This document shows, piece after piece, positions 35,388 through 44,720 of a stretch of 64,000 nucleotides of DNA. Location: NCBI GenBank assembly GCA_016278725.1, contig JADQBG010000008.1, positions 1,680 to 65,679 on the forward strand, written 5' to 3'. Below the pieces are notes generated by a model. That model was not told where the DNA came from, did no database searches, and worked only from the letters and a program-made list of their open reading frames with translations. Origin of the DNA: Actinomycetota bacterium (GTDB lineage: Bacteria; Actinomycetota; Thermoleophilia; RBG-16-64-13). Position numbers and translations under genes: made by a program. Each line of letters starts with the position of its first letter. Position 1 is the stretch's first letter.

Positions 35388-35723
35388 ATGACGATCGCGA
35401 AATCTCCACTGGTATGGCCGGCAATTCTGGCCGCGGCCATGCTCGCGCTGCTCGCCTTCTCGGTGGCGCCGGCCACCGCCGCCGCGCCGGATGTCGTAGA
35501 CGGAAGCAACGGAACGGCCTTCCTATGTGTCGATGCGGGCCTTGGCGTTCTGAACAACCACGGCGGCAAGGTTCTGCCTTCGGGGGGAGTTACCTTCCTG
35601 CCCGGGCACAACCAATCCGGCGCGCACGCTAATCCCAACAGCTACAATCCCGATAGCCCGATGGTGTCCGAGGGCCCGGGAAACGGTAACAGTGACTGGT
35701 CGCCAATCTGGCCTCCCGCCTAA
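35388..35723 (+). CDS. Small secreted protein (111 aa)
   Basis: Signal peptide ending APATA-AA; RBS AAAGGAG; Gly/Asn/Pro-rich mature part. Confidence 0.7.
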   Translation: MTIAKSPLVWPAILAAAMLALLAFSVAPATAAAPDVVDGSNGTAFLCVDAGLGVLNNHGGKVLPSGGVTFLPGHNQSGAHANPNSYNPDSPMVSEGPGNGNSDWSPIWPPA

Positions 35724-35747
35724 GTCCGGATAGCGAATCCGTCTGCG

Positions 35748-35774
35748 AGGGGGCGCTCCCGGCGCCCCCTTGTT
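35748..35774 (+). terminator. Intrinsic terminator-like hairpin; the 3' arm is duplicated downstream as degenerate repeats
   Basis: AGGGGGCGC-TCCCG-GCGCCCCCT then TGTT; GGCGCCCCCT(T/C)GTTCTGCC recurs up to about 35800. Confidence 0.55.
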
Positions 35775-35902
35775 CTGCCGGCGCCCCCTCGTTCTGCCCC
35801 CGCGGTTCCCCCTCGTTCGGCTCCGGCGTCCCCTATTTCCGTCCCGACGCTCCCTCCGCCGTCCCGCGTTTACCCTGTAGTTGCCGGTGGGACCTAGCCC
35901 CC

Positions 35903-36159
35903 ATGACGCAGGTGGGCTTTCACGCAAGCCACGAACAGATCAGTCCCCGCGAACTGCTGCGCGCCGTGCAGTCGGCGGAGCAGGCTGGGTTCCGGGCCGC
36001 CATGTGCTCGGACCACTTCGCGCCGTGGAGCGAGCGGCAGGGTGAATCCGGCTTCGCCTGGAGCTGGCTGGGGGCGGCGCTCCAGGCTACCAATCTGACT
36101 CTTGGCGTGGTGAACGCGCCGGGACAGCGTTACCATCCGGCGATCATCGCCCAGGCGCC
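35903..36159 (+). pseudogene. 5' fragment of an LLM-class F420-dependent oxidoreductase
   Basis: GFHASHEQ, AMCSDHFAPWSERQGESGFAWSWLGAAL, RYHPAIIAQA, then homology stops. Confidence 0.85.
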
Positions 36160-36651
36160 GGCCGTTACTCCGTGCGCACGCCGATGCAGTGGACCTCAGA
36201 GGAAAACGGCGGGTTCTCGACCGCGAAACCCAAGGACCTGGTGCGGCCCCTCCCCGAAGGGGACTTCGGGCCGAAAGCGGTGAACGTGGCCGACCAGCGC
36301 CGAGATCCCGATTCGCTGCTCAACTGGATGGAACGGATCATCCGCCGACGCCAGGAGTGCCCGGAGTGGGGTTGGGGGAAGATGAGCTTCCTCGACGCGC
36401 CCACGCCCGCAGTGCTGGGCCACCGAAGCGACTGGGCGGGGCGGACCCTGGTCGCCTTCCACAACCTTTCCGGCAAGGCGCAGAAGTTCGAAATCCAACT
36501 ACCTCCCGAGGACGACTTCGTGGGGGCCACCGACCTGCTGGGCACCGACGGGTACACCGAGGTGAAGGGGCATAGCCTGCCGGTCAAGTTGGGCGGCTAC
36601 GGCTACCAGTGGTTCCGCCTGCAAAAGCGGGGGCAGCGGATTCTGCCCTAG
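36160..36651 (+). pseudogene. 3' fragment of a GH13 (TreS/alpha-amylase-like) glycosidase
   Basis: GRYSVRTPMQW, NVADQRRDPDSLLNW, YGYQWFRL; catalytic barrel absent. Confidence 0.85.
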
Positions 36652-36689
36652 CCGGTTACGCTCTAGCGGGTCCCCCCGGGCGGCGGGGC

Positions 36690-38384
36690 CTAGCTGCGGT
36701 CCAGTTCGATTATCAGACCTGCGTCCGGCCCGATCCGCAGTAGCCGGGTGTCTACGACCTCGTCATCCAGGGCGAGGTCGGTGGCCGCTCGCACCGTACC
36801 GGTCCCGGTCCACAGGGTAGTGGGCAGGCCGAGGGGCATGGAGCGATGCCCTCGGCCGGTCACGTGCACCTCGTGCCCGCGAAACTCCACCTCCTCGGAG
36901 GTGAAGTTGAGCAGGACCAGAAACCGGCGATGCTCCAGGCTGCGCAGGTACATAAGCAGACCTTCGGTGCCCTCGAGAAGCAGGATGTCCCCCGTCTGGA
37001 GCACGGGCTCTTCGCGGCGCAGTCGTATCAACCTGCGGTAGAGATTGAGGACGGAATCCGGGTCCTCGCGCTGCCTCGAGACCGCCAGCTCTTCCGCCCG
37101 GGGATCGAGGGGCAGCCACGGCTTGCCTGCGCTGAAGCCGGCCGCGGCAGTTACTCCGTTCGCACCGGGAGGCTCCCAGGGCATCGGGGTGCGCACCGGA
37201 TCGCGTCCGTCCACGTCCACGACGCGGTCTGCGGGAATGGGCGAATTCGGCAGCCCGAGCTCGCCGCCCTGATAGATGAAGGGGGTCCCGCGCAGGGTCA
37301 TCAGAAGAAGGGCCGCCACCCGGGCGCGCCGCCGTCCGATCCCCTCGGGGTCTCCGCCGCCGTAGCGGGTGGGGATGCGGTCGTGATCGTGGTTCTCGAG
37401 AAACCAGGCCGCCCAGGCCCCCGGGGTCGATAGGCTTTGGAACTCGCGGATCGCTTGGTGGAACGCACCCGCCTCCCAGGGCTGGTGCAGGAAGGCAAAG
37501 TTGTGCGCCAGATGCAGTTGCCTCGTCGAGTTGACGTACTCGACCAGTCGGCGCTGGTTGAGCAGGTAGACCTCGCCCACCCCCGCCCGCTCGCCATCGT
37601 ACTCCTCGAGTACCTGGCGGATCCGCCGCAGCCTCTCGTGTACGCTCGGCCAGTCCTCGTCGTGGCGCATGGCCGTCGACTTGATGAAGGCCTCGTCCCG
37701 GTCGCGCGGGTTGTCCCGCAGGAAGGGATCCTTGCCGATCTTGTGGACCACGTCCATGCGAAAGCCATCCACGCCCCGATCGAGCCAGAAGCGGAGCACG
37801 TCGTGCATGGCCGCCTCCACCTCGGGATTGTCCCAGTTGAGGTCGGGTTGAGCGGCGAGGAAGGAGTGCAGGTAGTACTGGCCGGTGGTTTCGTCCAGGG
37901 TCCAGGCGGCTCCTTCTCGAGTGAAGGCGGAGCGCCAGTTGTTGGGGGGGCCGCCCTCGCGGCTGGGATCGGCCCACACGTACCAATGACGTTTGGGGTT
38001 GTCCTTGGAGCTGCGCGATTCCTCGAACCAGGGATGCCGGTTCGAGCTGTGGTTGGGCACCCAATCGATGATCACTTTGATCCCGCGCTCGTGCGCCCCG
38101 GCCAGCAGTTCGTCAAAGTCGTCCAGGGTGCCGAAGAGCGGATCGACGTCCCGGTAATCGGCCACGTCGTAGCCAAAGTCGGCCATGGGAGAGCGGTAGA
38201 AGGGGCAGAGCCAGATGGCGTCCACGCCCAGAGAGTCCGGGGTGCCGTCGTTCAGGTAGTCGAGCCGGCGGATGATGCCCCGCAGGTCACCCACCCCGTC
38301 GCCGTCAGAATCCTGAAAGCTCCGCGGGTAGATCTGGTAGACGGTGGCCCGTTGCCACCAGTGGAGGCTGTGGTTAGAGGTCAC
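36690..38384 (-). CDS. GH13 alpha-glucosidase/oligo-1,6-glucosidase
   Basis: YQIYPRSFQDSDGDGVGDL, DFGYDV, DWVPNHSS, GFRMDVV, GEV, ENHD, GRDPVRTPM. Confidence 0.95.
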   Translation of the reverse strand: MTSNHSLHWWQRATVYQIYPRSFQDSDGDGVGDLRGIIRRLDYLNDGTPDSLGVDAIWLCPFYRSPMADFGYDVADYRDVDPLFGTLDDFDELLAGAHERGIKVIIDWVPNHSSNRHPWFEESRSSKDNPKRHWYVWADPSREGGPPNNWRSAFTREGAAWTLDETTGQYYLHSFLAAQPDLNWDNPEVEAAMHDVLRFWLDRGVDGFRMDVVHKIGKDPFLRDNPRDRDEAFIKSTAMRHDEDWPSVHERLRRIRQVLEEYDGERAGVGEVYLLNQRRLVEYVNSTRQLHLAHNFAFLHQPWEAGAFHQAIREFQSLSTPGAWAAWFLENHDHDRIPTRYGGGDPEGIGRRRARVAALLLMTLRGTPFIYQGGELGLPNSPIPADRVVDVDGRDPVRTPMPWEPPGANGVTAAAGFSAGKPWLPLDPRAEELAVSRQREDPDSVLNLYRRLIRLRREEPVLQTGDILLLEGTEGLLMYLRSLEHRRFLVLLNFTSEEVEFRGHEVHVTGRGHRSMPLGLPTTLWTGTGTVRAATDLALDDEVVDTRLLRIGPDAGLIIELDRS

Positions 38385-38443
38385 GTCCAGGGCTTACCCG
38401 GCCGCAGTTGGCGCTATTCCCCGGGGGCCGTCCTCCCGGCCGG

Positions 38444-39433
38444 CTATTCAGCCGTCGTGACGAGGGCGTCCACGTCCAGGGGAATTCCCTTTTCCGGGGC
38501 GAGCTCGAGGGCAATGGCCCCATCCGGGCATTGGCCTTGGCAGACGCCGCAGCCCATGCAGATTTCACGGTCGACCCGCGCTGAGCTTCCCTGCATTTCG
38601 ATCGCCCCGAAGGGGCAGGCATCGCTGCAGGTCCCGCAGCCGCTGCAAATCCCGTCGGCCACGCGGGCGACGTAGCCCGAGGAAAGCACCATCGGCGTCC
38701 CGAAGCGGCGCATCGCATTGAGACCCCCGCAGCAGCACGTGCAGCAGTTGCAGATGGCGTAGAAGCAGTCCAAATTCACGTGCTTGAACCAGGCGGTGTG
38801 CACGTGGCCGCGGGCGTGGGTTTCCTCGAGGAGCTGGACCGCCTCCTCGGTGCGGAGTGCGCGGCTGCTCGGGTCGTGCTCCAGCATGAAACCGGCAAAG
38901 GGCTGGCCCACCACCAGGCAGACCTGCGTGGGTTCGCAGTGCTTGGCTTTGCTGGTGCGGCAGGGGCAGTCGATCACGACCACGTCCGGCGGACCCTCGA
39001 GCACCAGACGCCGCGCGGTGGGAAAGGGAATCACCTGCTCGAGGTCGAGGTCCAGACTCACGTCCGCCTCGATCAGCCGCCGGGCCTGCTCGGGAGGCAG
39101 CACCTTGGCGTGGTAGCGGTCGGCGATGCGCCCGCGGCCCCGCTTGCCCACGAAGGCAAAGACCAGATAGCGCAGGCCCCAGATGTATTCGCGCGGCCAG
39201 CGCACGTAGAGGTAGGAGTGAAGGGCCGTGCCTCTGAGCAGACGCCCGCTCCCGCCCTGGGACAGGAGCGCGCGGGTTGAGGCGCGCAGAACCGGGCCGC
39301 GCTCGGCCCGGAGCCAAGCGGCCCCCAGAGCGAGGGCCGTGCCCAGGATCAACCCTCCGATGGTCCCGCTGCGCCGCCGGCCCCGGGGTTTGACTCCGGC
39401 TCTAGCTGCCGGTTTGCTTCTTGGCGTGGGCAT
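38444..39433 (-). CDS. Cys-rich 4Fe-4S-binding protein with N-terminal membrane anchor
   Basis: DCPCR, CEPTQVC, ICNCCTCCCG, CSGCGTCSDACP, CMGCGVCQGQCP; start uncertain. Confidence 0.82.
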   Translation of the reverse strand: MPTPRSKPAARAGVKPRGRRRSGTIGGLILGTALALGAAWLRAERGPVLRASTRALLSQGGSGRLLRGTALHSYLYVRWPREYIWGLRYLVFAFVGKRGRGRIADRYHAKVLPPEQARRLIEADVSLDLDLEQVIPFPTARRLVLEGPPDVVVIDCPCRTSKAKHCEPTQVCLVVGQPFAGFMLEHDPSSRALRTEEAVQLLEETHARGHVHTAWFKHVNLDCFYAICNCCTCCCGGLNAMRRFGTPMVLSSGYVARVADGICSGCGTCSDACPFGAIEMQGSSARVDREICMGCGVCQGQCPDGAIALELAPEKGIPLDVDALVTTAE

Positions 39434-40703
39434 CCACCTCCCCGGAACCCAGTTCGTCCTCGACCATCTCCTCCTCGAGTATATGGGCCTTGGGCCGAAG
39501 AGTGATCCAGACCAGGGGCGCAGAGAGGGCCAGGAACGCGGCGAAGGCCAGGAAGGGCAGGCGAAAGCGCGCGCTCGAGGCGGAATCGGGAGCCAGTTGG
39601 ACCAAGCCGCCGCCCAGAGGCGGTCCGATGAGGAAGCCCACGGCGAAAGCCATGTTCCACAGGGCGAAGGCGCCCCCACGGGCGAAATGAGGGCTCTCGG
39701 CCGCGATGATCAGCAGCGAGGCGCCCACGAGCACTCCCGTCGCCACTCCGAGAACCGCGAAAATGGCGATCCACCAGCCGAAGTCCGCCGTCAGCACGAG
39801 GGCCGCCAGCCCGGCGGCCAGTACCAACACCGCCGCCGCCTCCAGCATCCCCCGGCGCGCTCGATCCAAGAGAGGGGTCATCGCCGGCTGCCCGGCGGTC
39901 ACGAACACGGCGTAGAAGAGAAAGAGCAGACCGATGGCCGCTTTTGACTCACCGTGGGAGTCCGCATAAAGGGGAAAGAGAATCTCCATCATGCTGATGC
40001 CGGCGTAGAGGAGGAACACCAGAGCGGCGGCGGCCAGGATCACCCGGTTGCGCAGGAGTTGCCGGTACATTCCCGCCAAGAACTCCGGTTCGGCCGCCGT
40101 CCCGGTGAGCGCCCAAAGCGCTGCCAGCCCCACGGCGAGCGCGATCGCGGTCGAGATCAGGAAGGGGAGCCACACGGGTGACAGACTGCCGAGCAGGGGA
40201 CCGATGACCAGCCCGAGGCCCAAGGCGATGGTGATGGCACTCATCAGCAGACCGCCCCGGCCGCTGCGTTCGACCATCCGCGCGGCCAGAGGCGGCGCGC
40301 CAATCCAGGCCCCGGCCGAACCGGCGCCGTGGAATCCCTGGGCCAGGGCGTAGGTCCACAGGCTGCCGCCAAAAGCGAAGAGCAGACCGGCCGTTCCGGC
40401 AAAGACCATGGCCAGGGCTATGATCAGGTCGCTCCGCCCGGTCCGGTCGACGGCGAGGCCGAAGGGGACCACCGCAGCCAAAAAGACGATCGAAAAGCCC
40501 GAAGTGGCCAGGCCGAGACTGAACTCGTCGGCGTCGAAGCGCTCGGCGAAGACCGGGATGTTGGGGATCACCGCCCCCGAGATCACCACGTCCGCGAAGA
40601 TGGCAAGTGCGCAGACCAGAAGGACCACCAGATGGGAACGCCTGCGGCGCCCGGGAAGGTTCCTCCGGCGTGACTCCTGCCCTCGATCAGTCGTTTCCAC
40701 CAA
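39402..40703 (-). CDS. MFS transporter
   Basis: About 12 hydrophobic segments; G.AVDRTGR and PLLDRARRG loop motifs. Confidence 0.9.
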   Translation of the reverse strand: MVETTDRGQESRRRNLPGRRRRSHLVVLLVCALAIFADVVISGAVIPNIPVFAERFDADEFSLGLATSGFSIVFLAAVVPFGLAVDRTGRSDLIIALAMVFAGTAGLLFAFGGSLWTYALAQGFHGAGSAGAWIGAPPLAARMVERSGRGGLLMSAITIALGLGLVIGPLLGSLSPVWLPFLISTAIALAVGLAALWALTGTAAEPEFLAGMYRQLLRNRVILAAAALVFLLYAGISMMEILFPLYADSHGESKAAIGLLFLFYAVFVTAGQPAMTPLLDRARRGMLEAAAVLVLAAGLAALVLTADFGWWIAIFAVLGVATGVLVGASLLIIAAESPHFARGGAFALWNMAFAVGFLIGPPLGGGLVQLAPDSASSARFRLPFLAFAAFLALSAPLVWITLRPKAHILEEEMVEDELGSGEVDAHAKKQTGS

Positions 40704-40725
40704 TCACCTCCGCGGGCAGCATCTC

Positions 40726-40917
40726 ATGCCGAACGCTTTGGTCCAGCACGGCGATGCCGATGGGGTCATCCCGATCGAGCACGGGGAGGACCTGGCCCGC
40801 CGTCTCCCGCATGCGCAACTCTCTGTTTGTGAAGGGGAGGGTCACTTCCTGCTCGGCGCCCGCATGCCGGAAATTGTCCGTGAGCTGGGCTGGCTTCCGG
40901 AGGGTGCGGTCCTTTAG
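40726..40917 (+). pseudogene. C-terminal fragment of an alpha/beta hydrolase
   Basis: VQHGDADGVIPIEHGEDLARRLPHAQL..CEGEGH; no nucleophile-elbow region upstream. Confidence 0.7.
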
Positions 40918-40992
40918 AGCCGCCGCCTGAGCCGCCTGCCCAGCCCCACCCGCCGCAGAAGCAGGGAGGGCTGCTGCGGGCCTGCCTCGATT

Positions 40993-41841
40993 CTACCGCG
41001 CCCGGTAGAGCAGCCGTACCACCTGCGAGCGCAGAATGACTTCGTCGTCCCGGGCGCTGTCCCAGGAAAGCCCGGGGAAGGCCGCCTTGACTTCGGCGCG
41101 CGTTGCCGGCGAGTAGTTGGTCTCCCAGCTTGGCTGGGTACCCAGGCCGGCCCGCCTCATCACCAGGGCGACGTGGCGGTGCGTCAGGGGATCCCAGGCT
41201 CCGAGGGAGCCCGAGGGGTAACCCAGGAAGTAGCCCTGAGCCTTGACGTAGATGGCGGCGCTCCAGAGCTCCGGATCGCTCTTGTCGACGTCGCTAAAGG
41301 GCGCTCCTGAGCCGGGGTTCGAAACCGCCGAACCGTCGACGACCGAGCCGAAGTCCGTGGTCCAGTAGACCCCGTAGGGGCTCCCCGGAATATCCCGGCG
41401 GGCGACTCCCACGACGCGGTAGGCCGAGCCCAGCATGTTGGCGTTGTGCCCCGCCGAGGATTTCCAGGAATTGAACACGTCCTCGGCAGTCCGCTGGCCG
41501 GCGGCGATGTTCTCGCTCCAGGAGACGTTGCGCGGGTAGCCCAGACTGGCCATCCGGTCGATGGGATCCGAACCTGCCCCGAAATAGCTCGAGCGCTCGC
41601 TGTAGTGACCGAAGTAGCCATAGTTGGCCATGTCCAGAGAATGCCGGGCGGCCGCTTCCGAGACGATGCCCGAGGTCTGCAGGGTGGGGAGTCCTTGAGA
41701 GCTGCGATATGAGTTGAGCAACTGAACGAAGCGAATTTCTTCGGCGTTGTAGATCCGCGCCTGCGCGACCCCGGCAAGGCCGGCGAAGAGAAGCACGAGG
41801 CTCAGAAGGAAAAGCGAAAAGGAGCGCTTGCCGTTTGTCAT
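40993..41841 (-). CDS. Secreted CAP/SCP-domain protein with SLH-like C-terminus
   Basis: Signal peptide; LNSYR, AARHSLDMA..YFGH, ENIAAG, WKSSAGHNANML, YWTTDFG; PFSDV...KAQGYFLGYP. Confidence 0.9.
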   Translation of the reverse strand: MTNGKRSFSLFLLSLVLLFAGLAGVAQARIYNAEEIRFVQLLNSYRSSQGLPTLQTSGIVSEAAARHSLDMANYGYFGHYSERSSYFGAGSDPIDRMASLGYPRNVSWSENIAAGQRTAEDVFNSWKSSAGHNANMLGSAYRVVGVARRDIPGSPYGVYWTTDFGSVVDGSAVSNPGSGAPFSDVDKSDPELWSAAIYVKAQGYFLGYPSGSLGAWDPLTHRHVALVMRRAGLGTQPSWETNYSPATRAEVKAAFPGLSWDSARDDEVILRSQVVRLLYRAR

Positions 41842-42052
41842 TGGGACCTCCTCCGCCAACCGTGGCGGCGGCTATCTTTGCTCAAACGGGCGCCACGCTA
41901 TCCGAAGCGAAGCAGCAGGACAAGCCCGGTCGGCTGCGGTTATGGCGGACTTTATGCACCCAGAGTGCATTGGGCGTGGGCACAGTTACGTCTGATCCTG
42001 GGCCCCAAAACGGAGGGTGTCGCTTTCGTCAGGGTGCAAGTGAGGGATTCAT

Positions 42053-42076
42053 AGAATGTTCTCATGAGTGCATTCT
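42053..42076. promoter_or_regulatory. 24-nt imperfect palindrome upstream of rubrerythrin
   Basis: AGAATGTTCTCA|TGAGTGCATTCT, 10/12 symmetric. Confidence 0.4.
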
Positions 42077-42238
42077 AAGCGGAATGGCTCTTCTCTGAGC
42101 GGTCACGCCCCTCCCGGGGCCGGCCCCGCATGTTGCTCGCTCGCATCCTTCTTTCTCGGTTTTCATCGACTTCGTCCGCTGGGTTCGAGATACTTGCGTC
42201 TTCCGATTCGAGGCCACCAAAGATGGGAGTACCGAAGC

Positions 42239-42811
42239 ATGAGTCTCAAAGGCAGCCGGACCGAGGCCAACCTGCTCAAGGCGTTCGCCGGGGAATCGCA
42301 GGCCCGCAACCGCTACACCTACTACGCGTCCGCCGCCAAGAAGGAAGGCTACGAGCAGATCTCTGCCCTCTTCCTCGAGACCGCCGAGAACGAGCGCGAG
42401 CACGCCAAGGTCTTCTTCAAGCACCTCGAGGGTGGCGAGGTGGAGATCACCGCGTCCTATCCCGCCGGTCCGCTGGGCAAGACCGCGGACAATCTGCTGC
42501 ACGCGGCCGAGGGCGAAGCAATGGAGTGGGGCACCCTGTATCCCGACTTTGCCCAGGTGGCGGAGGAAGAGGGCTTCCCCGAGGTGGCCGAGTCCTTCCG
42601 CCATATTGCCGACGTCGAATCCCACCACGAGGCGCGCTACCGGGCGCTGCTCGACAATGTGAAGAGCGGGCGCGTGTTCAAGCGCGAGCAACCGGTCAAG
42701 TGGAAGTGCCGTAATTGCGGTTATGTGAGCGAAGGTGCCGAAGCTCCGGAAATGTGCCCGGCCTGTCGCCATCCACGGGCACATTACGAAATCCTGGCCG
42801 AGAATTACTAG
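42239..42811 (+). CDS. rbr: Rubrerythrin
   Basis: [30 protein letters not shown]-terminal CRNCG...CPAC.HP. Confidence 0.97.
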   Translation: MSLKGSRTEANLLKAFAGESQARNRYTYYASAAKKEGYEQISALFLETAENEREHAKVFFKHLEGGEVEITASYPAGPLGKTADNLLHAAEGEAMEWGTLYPDFAQVAEEEGFPEVAESFRHIADVESHHEARYRALLDNVKSGRVFKREQPVKWKCRNCGYVSEGAEAPEMCPACRHPRAHYEILAENY

Positions 42812-42836
42812 ACTCACCAGCGAGGAAAGCCCGCCG

Positions 42837-44669
42837 GTGCACGATCACAACCGGGCCGGCTGGGTGCTGCGGGAGGTCTTCGGCCATCCGCAGTTCCGCC
42901 CCGGCCAACGGGAGATCGTCGATCACCTGATCGCGGGGGGAGACGCCTTCGTTCTGATGCCAACGGGCGGAGGCAAGTCTCTCTGTTACCAGATCCCCGC
43001 TCTGGTGAGACCCGGCACCGGCGTGGTGGTCTCGCCCTTGATCTCGCTCATGAAGAATCAGGTGGACGGGCTCCGGCAGGCCGGGGTTCGCGCCGACGTC
43101 TTCAACTCCTCTCTGGAGCATCACCAGCGGTCGGACGTGCTCCGCCGGCTGGGGCGGGGCGAGATCGACCTGCTTTACGTCTCGCCGGAGCGTCTCATGA
43201 TGGACGGTTTTCTCGAGATGCTCGCGGGACTGCCGCTGTCGCTCTTTGCCATCGACGAGGCGCACTGCGTGTCCCAGTGGGGCCACGACTTTCGGCCGGA
43301 ATACGTCGAACTGGGCAGGCTGAAGGAACGGCTGCCCGAGGTTCCGGTGGCGGCCTTCACCGCGACTGCCGATGAGCAAACCCGGGCCGACGTGATCTCC
43401 CGACTGAATCTGCAGAGCGCCTCGGTTTTCGTTGCCGGCTTCGATCGGCCCAACATCCGCTACCACGTGGTGGACAAGCGGCGCCCGGCGCAGCAGCTCC
43501 GCCGGTTCGTGGAGGCGCGACGGGGGCAGGCGGGCATCGTCTACTGCCTTAGCCGCAGGCGCACCGAGCAGGTGGCGGCCGGCCTGGCACAGGCGGGGAT
43601 TGCGGCGGCCCCCTATCACGCCGGCCTCGATTCGGGGGAGCGAGAGAGGGTGCAGGACGCCTTCGATCGCGACGAGCTCGAGGTGGTGGTGGCCACGGTG
43701 GCGTTCGGTCTGGGAATCGACAAACCCAACGTGCGATACGTGGTGCACTACGACGTGCCCAAGAGCCTGGAGTCCTACTATCAGGAGACGGGGCGGGCAG
43801 GGCGCGACGGACTCCCCGCGGACGTTCTGCTGCTCTATTCGCCGGGAGACCTCATGCTGGTTCGCAGCCTCGTCGAGCAGGGCGAGAACCCCGACCAGGT
43901 GAGGATCGACCTGCACAAGCTGCAGGCCATGGCCGGCTACGCGGAAGGCCTCACCTGCCGCCGCCGGGCCCTGCTGGGATACTTTGGCGAGGCCCGCGAA
44001 TACGACTGCGGCAACTGCGACACCTGCCTGGACCCACCAGAGTGGTACGACGCCACTGAAGACGCGCGAAAGGCGCTCTCCTGCGTCTACCGCCTGGGTC
44101 AGCGGTTCGGCCTGAACCAGGTTATCGACGTACTTCGCGGAGCCGACACCGAACGGGTGCGGGAGCTTCGGCACGACGCGCTCTCCACCTACGGGATCGG
44201 CGCCGGCAAGAGCCGCGACGAATGGCGCGACCTGCTGCGGCAGCTGATTCACCGGGGCTACCTGCGCCAGGACGTGGGCAACTACTCGGTGCTCAAGCTA
44301 ACCCCTCTGGCCAGGCCGGTTTTGGCCGGCGACGTGACCCTCACTCTCGCGAGCCCCCGGAAGGCCCTTCACATCCCCGGCGGCAAAGGCGGCAGCCGGT
44401 CGAAAGGGTCGAAGGGGTCGAAGACGGGTGCGGCCCTCGACGGTCTGGATTCCGAAGATCAATCCCTATTCGGATCGCTGCGCGCTTTGCGGACGCGGCT
44501 CGCTGGGGAACAGGGACTCCCCGCATACATGATCTTCAACGACGCAACGCTTCTCGAGATGATCGAGCGGCGGCCGGCGACGGCCGCCGAACTCCTCGAG
44601 GTAAACGGGGTGGGCCGGAAGAAACTCGAAGCCTACGGGGACGCCTTCCTGGAACTCATCGGCGCTTAG
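42837..44669 (+). CDS. recQ: DNA helicase RecQ
   Basis: MPTGGGKSLCYQ, DEAHCVSQWGHDFRPEY, QETGRAGRDG, RQC zinc motif, HRDC domain. Confidence 0.97.
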   Translation: MHDHNRAGWVLREVFGHPQFRPGQREIVDHLIAGGDAFVLMPTGGGKSLCYQIPALVRPGTGVVVSPLISLMKNQVDGLRQAGVRADVFNSSLEHHQRSDVLRRLGRGEIDLLYVSPERLMMDGFLEMLAGLPLSLFAIDEAHCVSQWGHDFRPEYVELGRLKERLPEVPVAAFTATADEQTRADVISRLNLQSASVFVAGFDRPNIRYHVVDKRRPAQQLRRFVEARRGQAGIVYCLSRRRTEQVAAGLAQAGIAAAPYHAGLDSGERERVQDAFDRDELEVVVATVAFGLGIDKPNVRYVVHYDVPKSLESYYQETGRAGRDGLPADVLLLYSPGDLMLVRSLVEQGENPDQVRIDLHKLQAMAGYAEGLTCRRRALLGYFGEAREYDCGNCDTCLDPPEWYDATEDARKALSCVYRLGQRFGLNQVIDVLRGADTERVRELRHDALSTYGIGAGKSRDEWRDLLRQLIHRGYLRQDVGNYSVLKLTPLARPVLAGDVTLTLASPRKALHIPGGKGGSRSKGSKGSKTGAALDGLDSEDQSLFGSLRALRTRLAGEQGLPAYMIFNDATLLEMIERRPATAAELLEVNGVGRKKLEAYGDAFLELIGA

Positions 44670-44720
44670 CTCGGGCCGCATTGGCGTCTAGCTCGGGCCG
44701 CATCGGCGCCTGGCTCAGGC
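44657..44720. repeat. About three copies of a 22-nt unit between convergent recQ and HD genes
   Basis: CATCGGCGCTTAGCTCGGGCCG / CATTGGCGTCTAGCTCGGGCCG / CATCGGCGCCTGGCTCAGGC. Confidence 0.75.

Noticed and set aside
41842-42050. c-di-AMP (ydaO) riboswitch upstream of the CAP gene
   Set aside because: The conserved GCTGAATCC / GGGGTGAATC / CCCGAACCCG..AGCTAACC segments were not found on the relevant strand.
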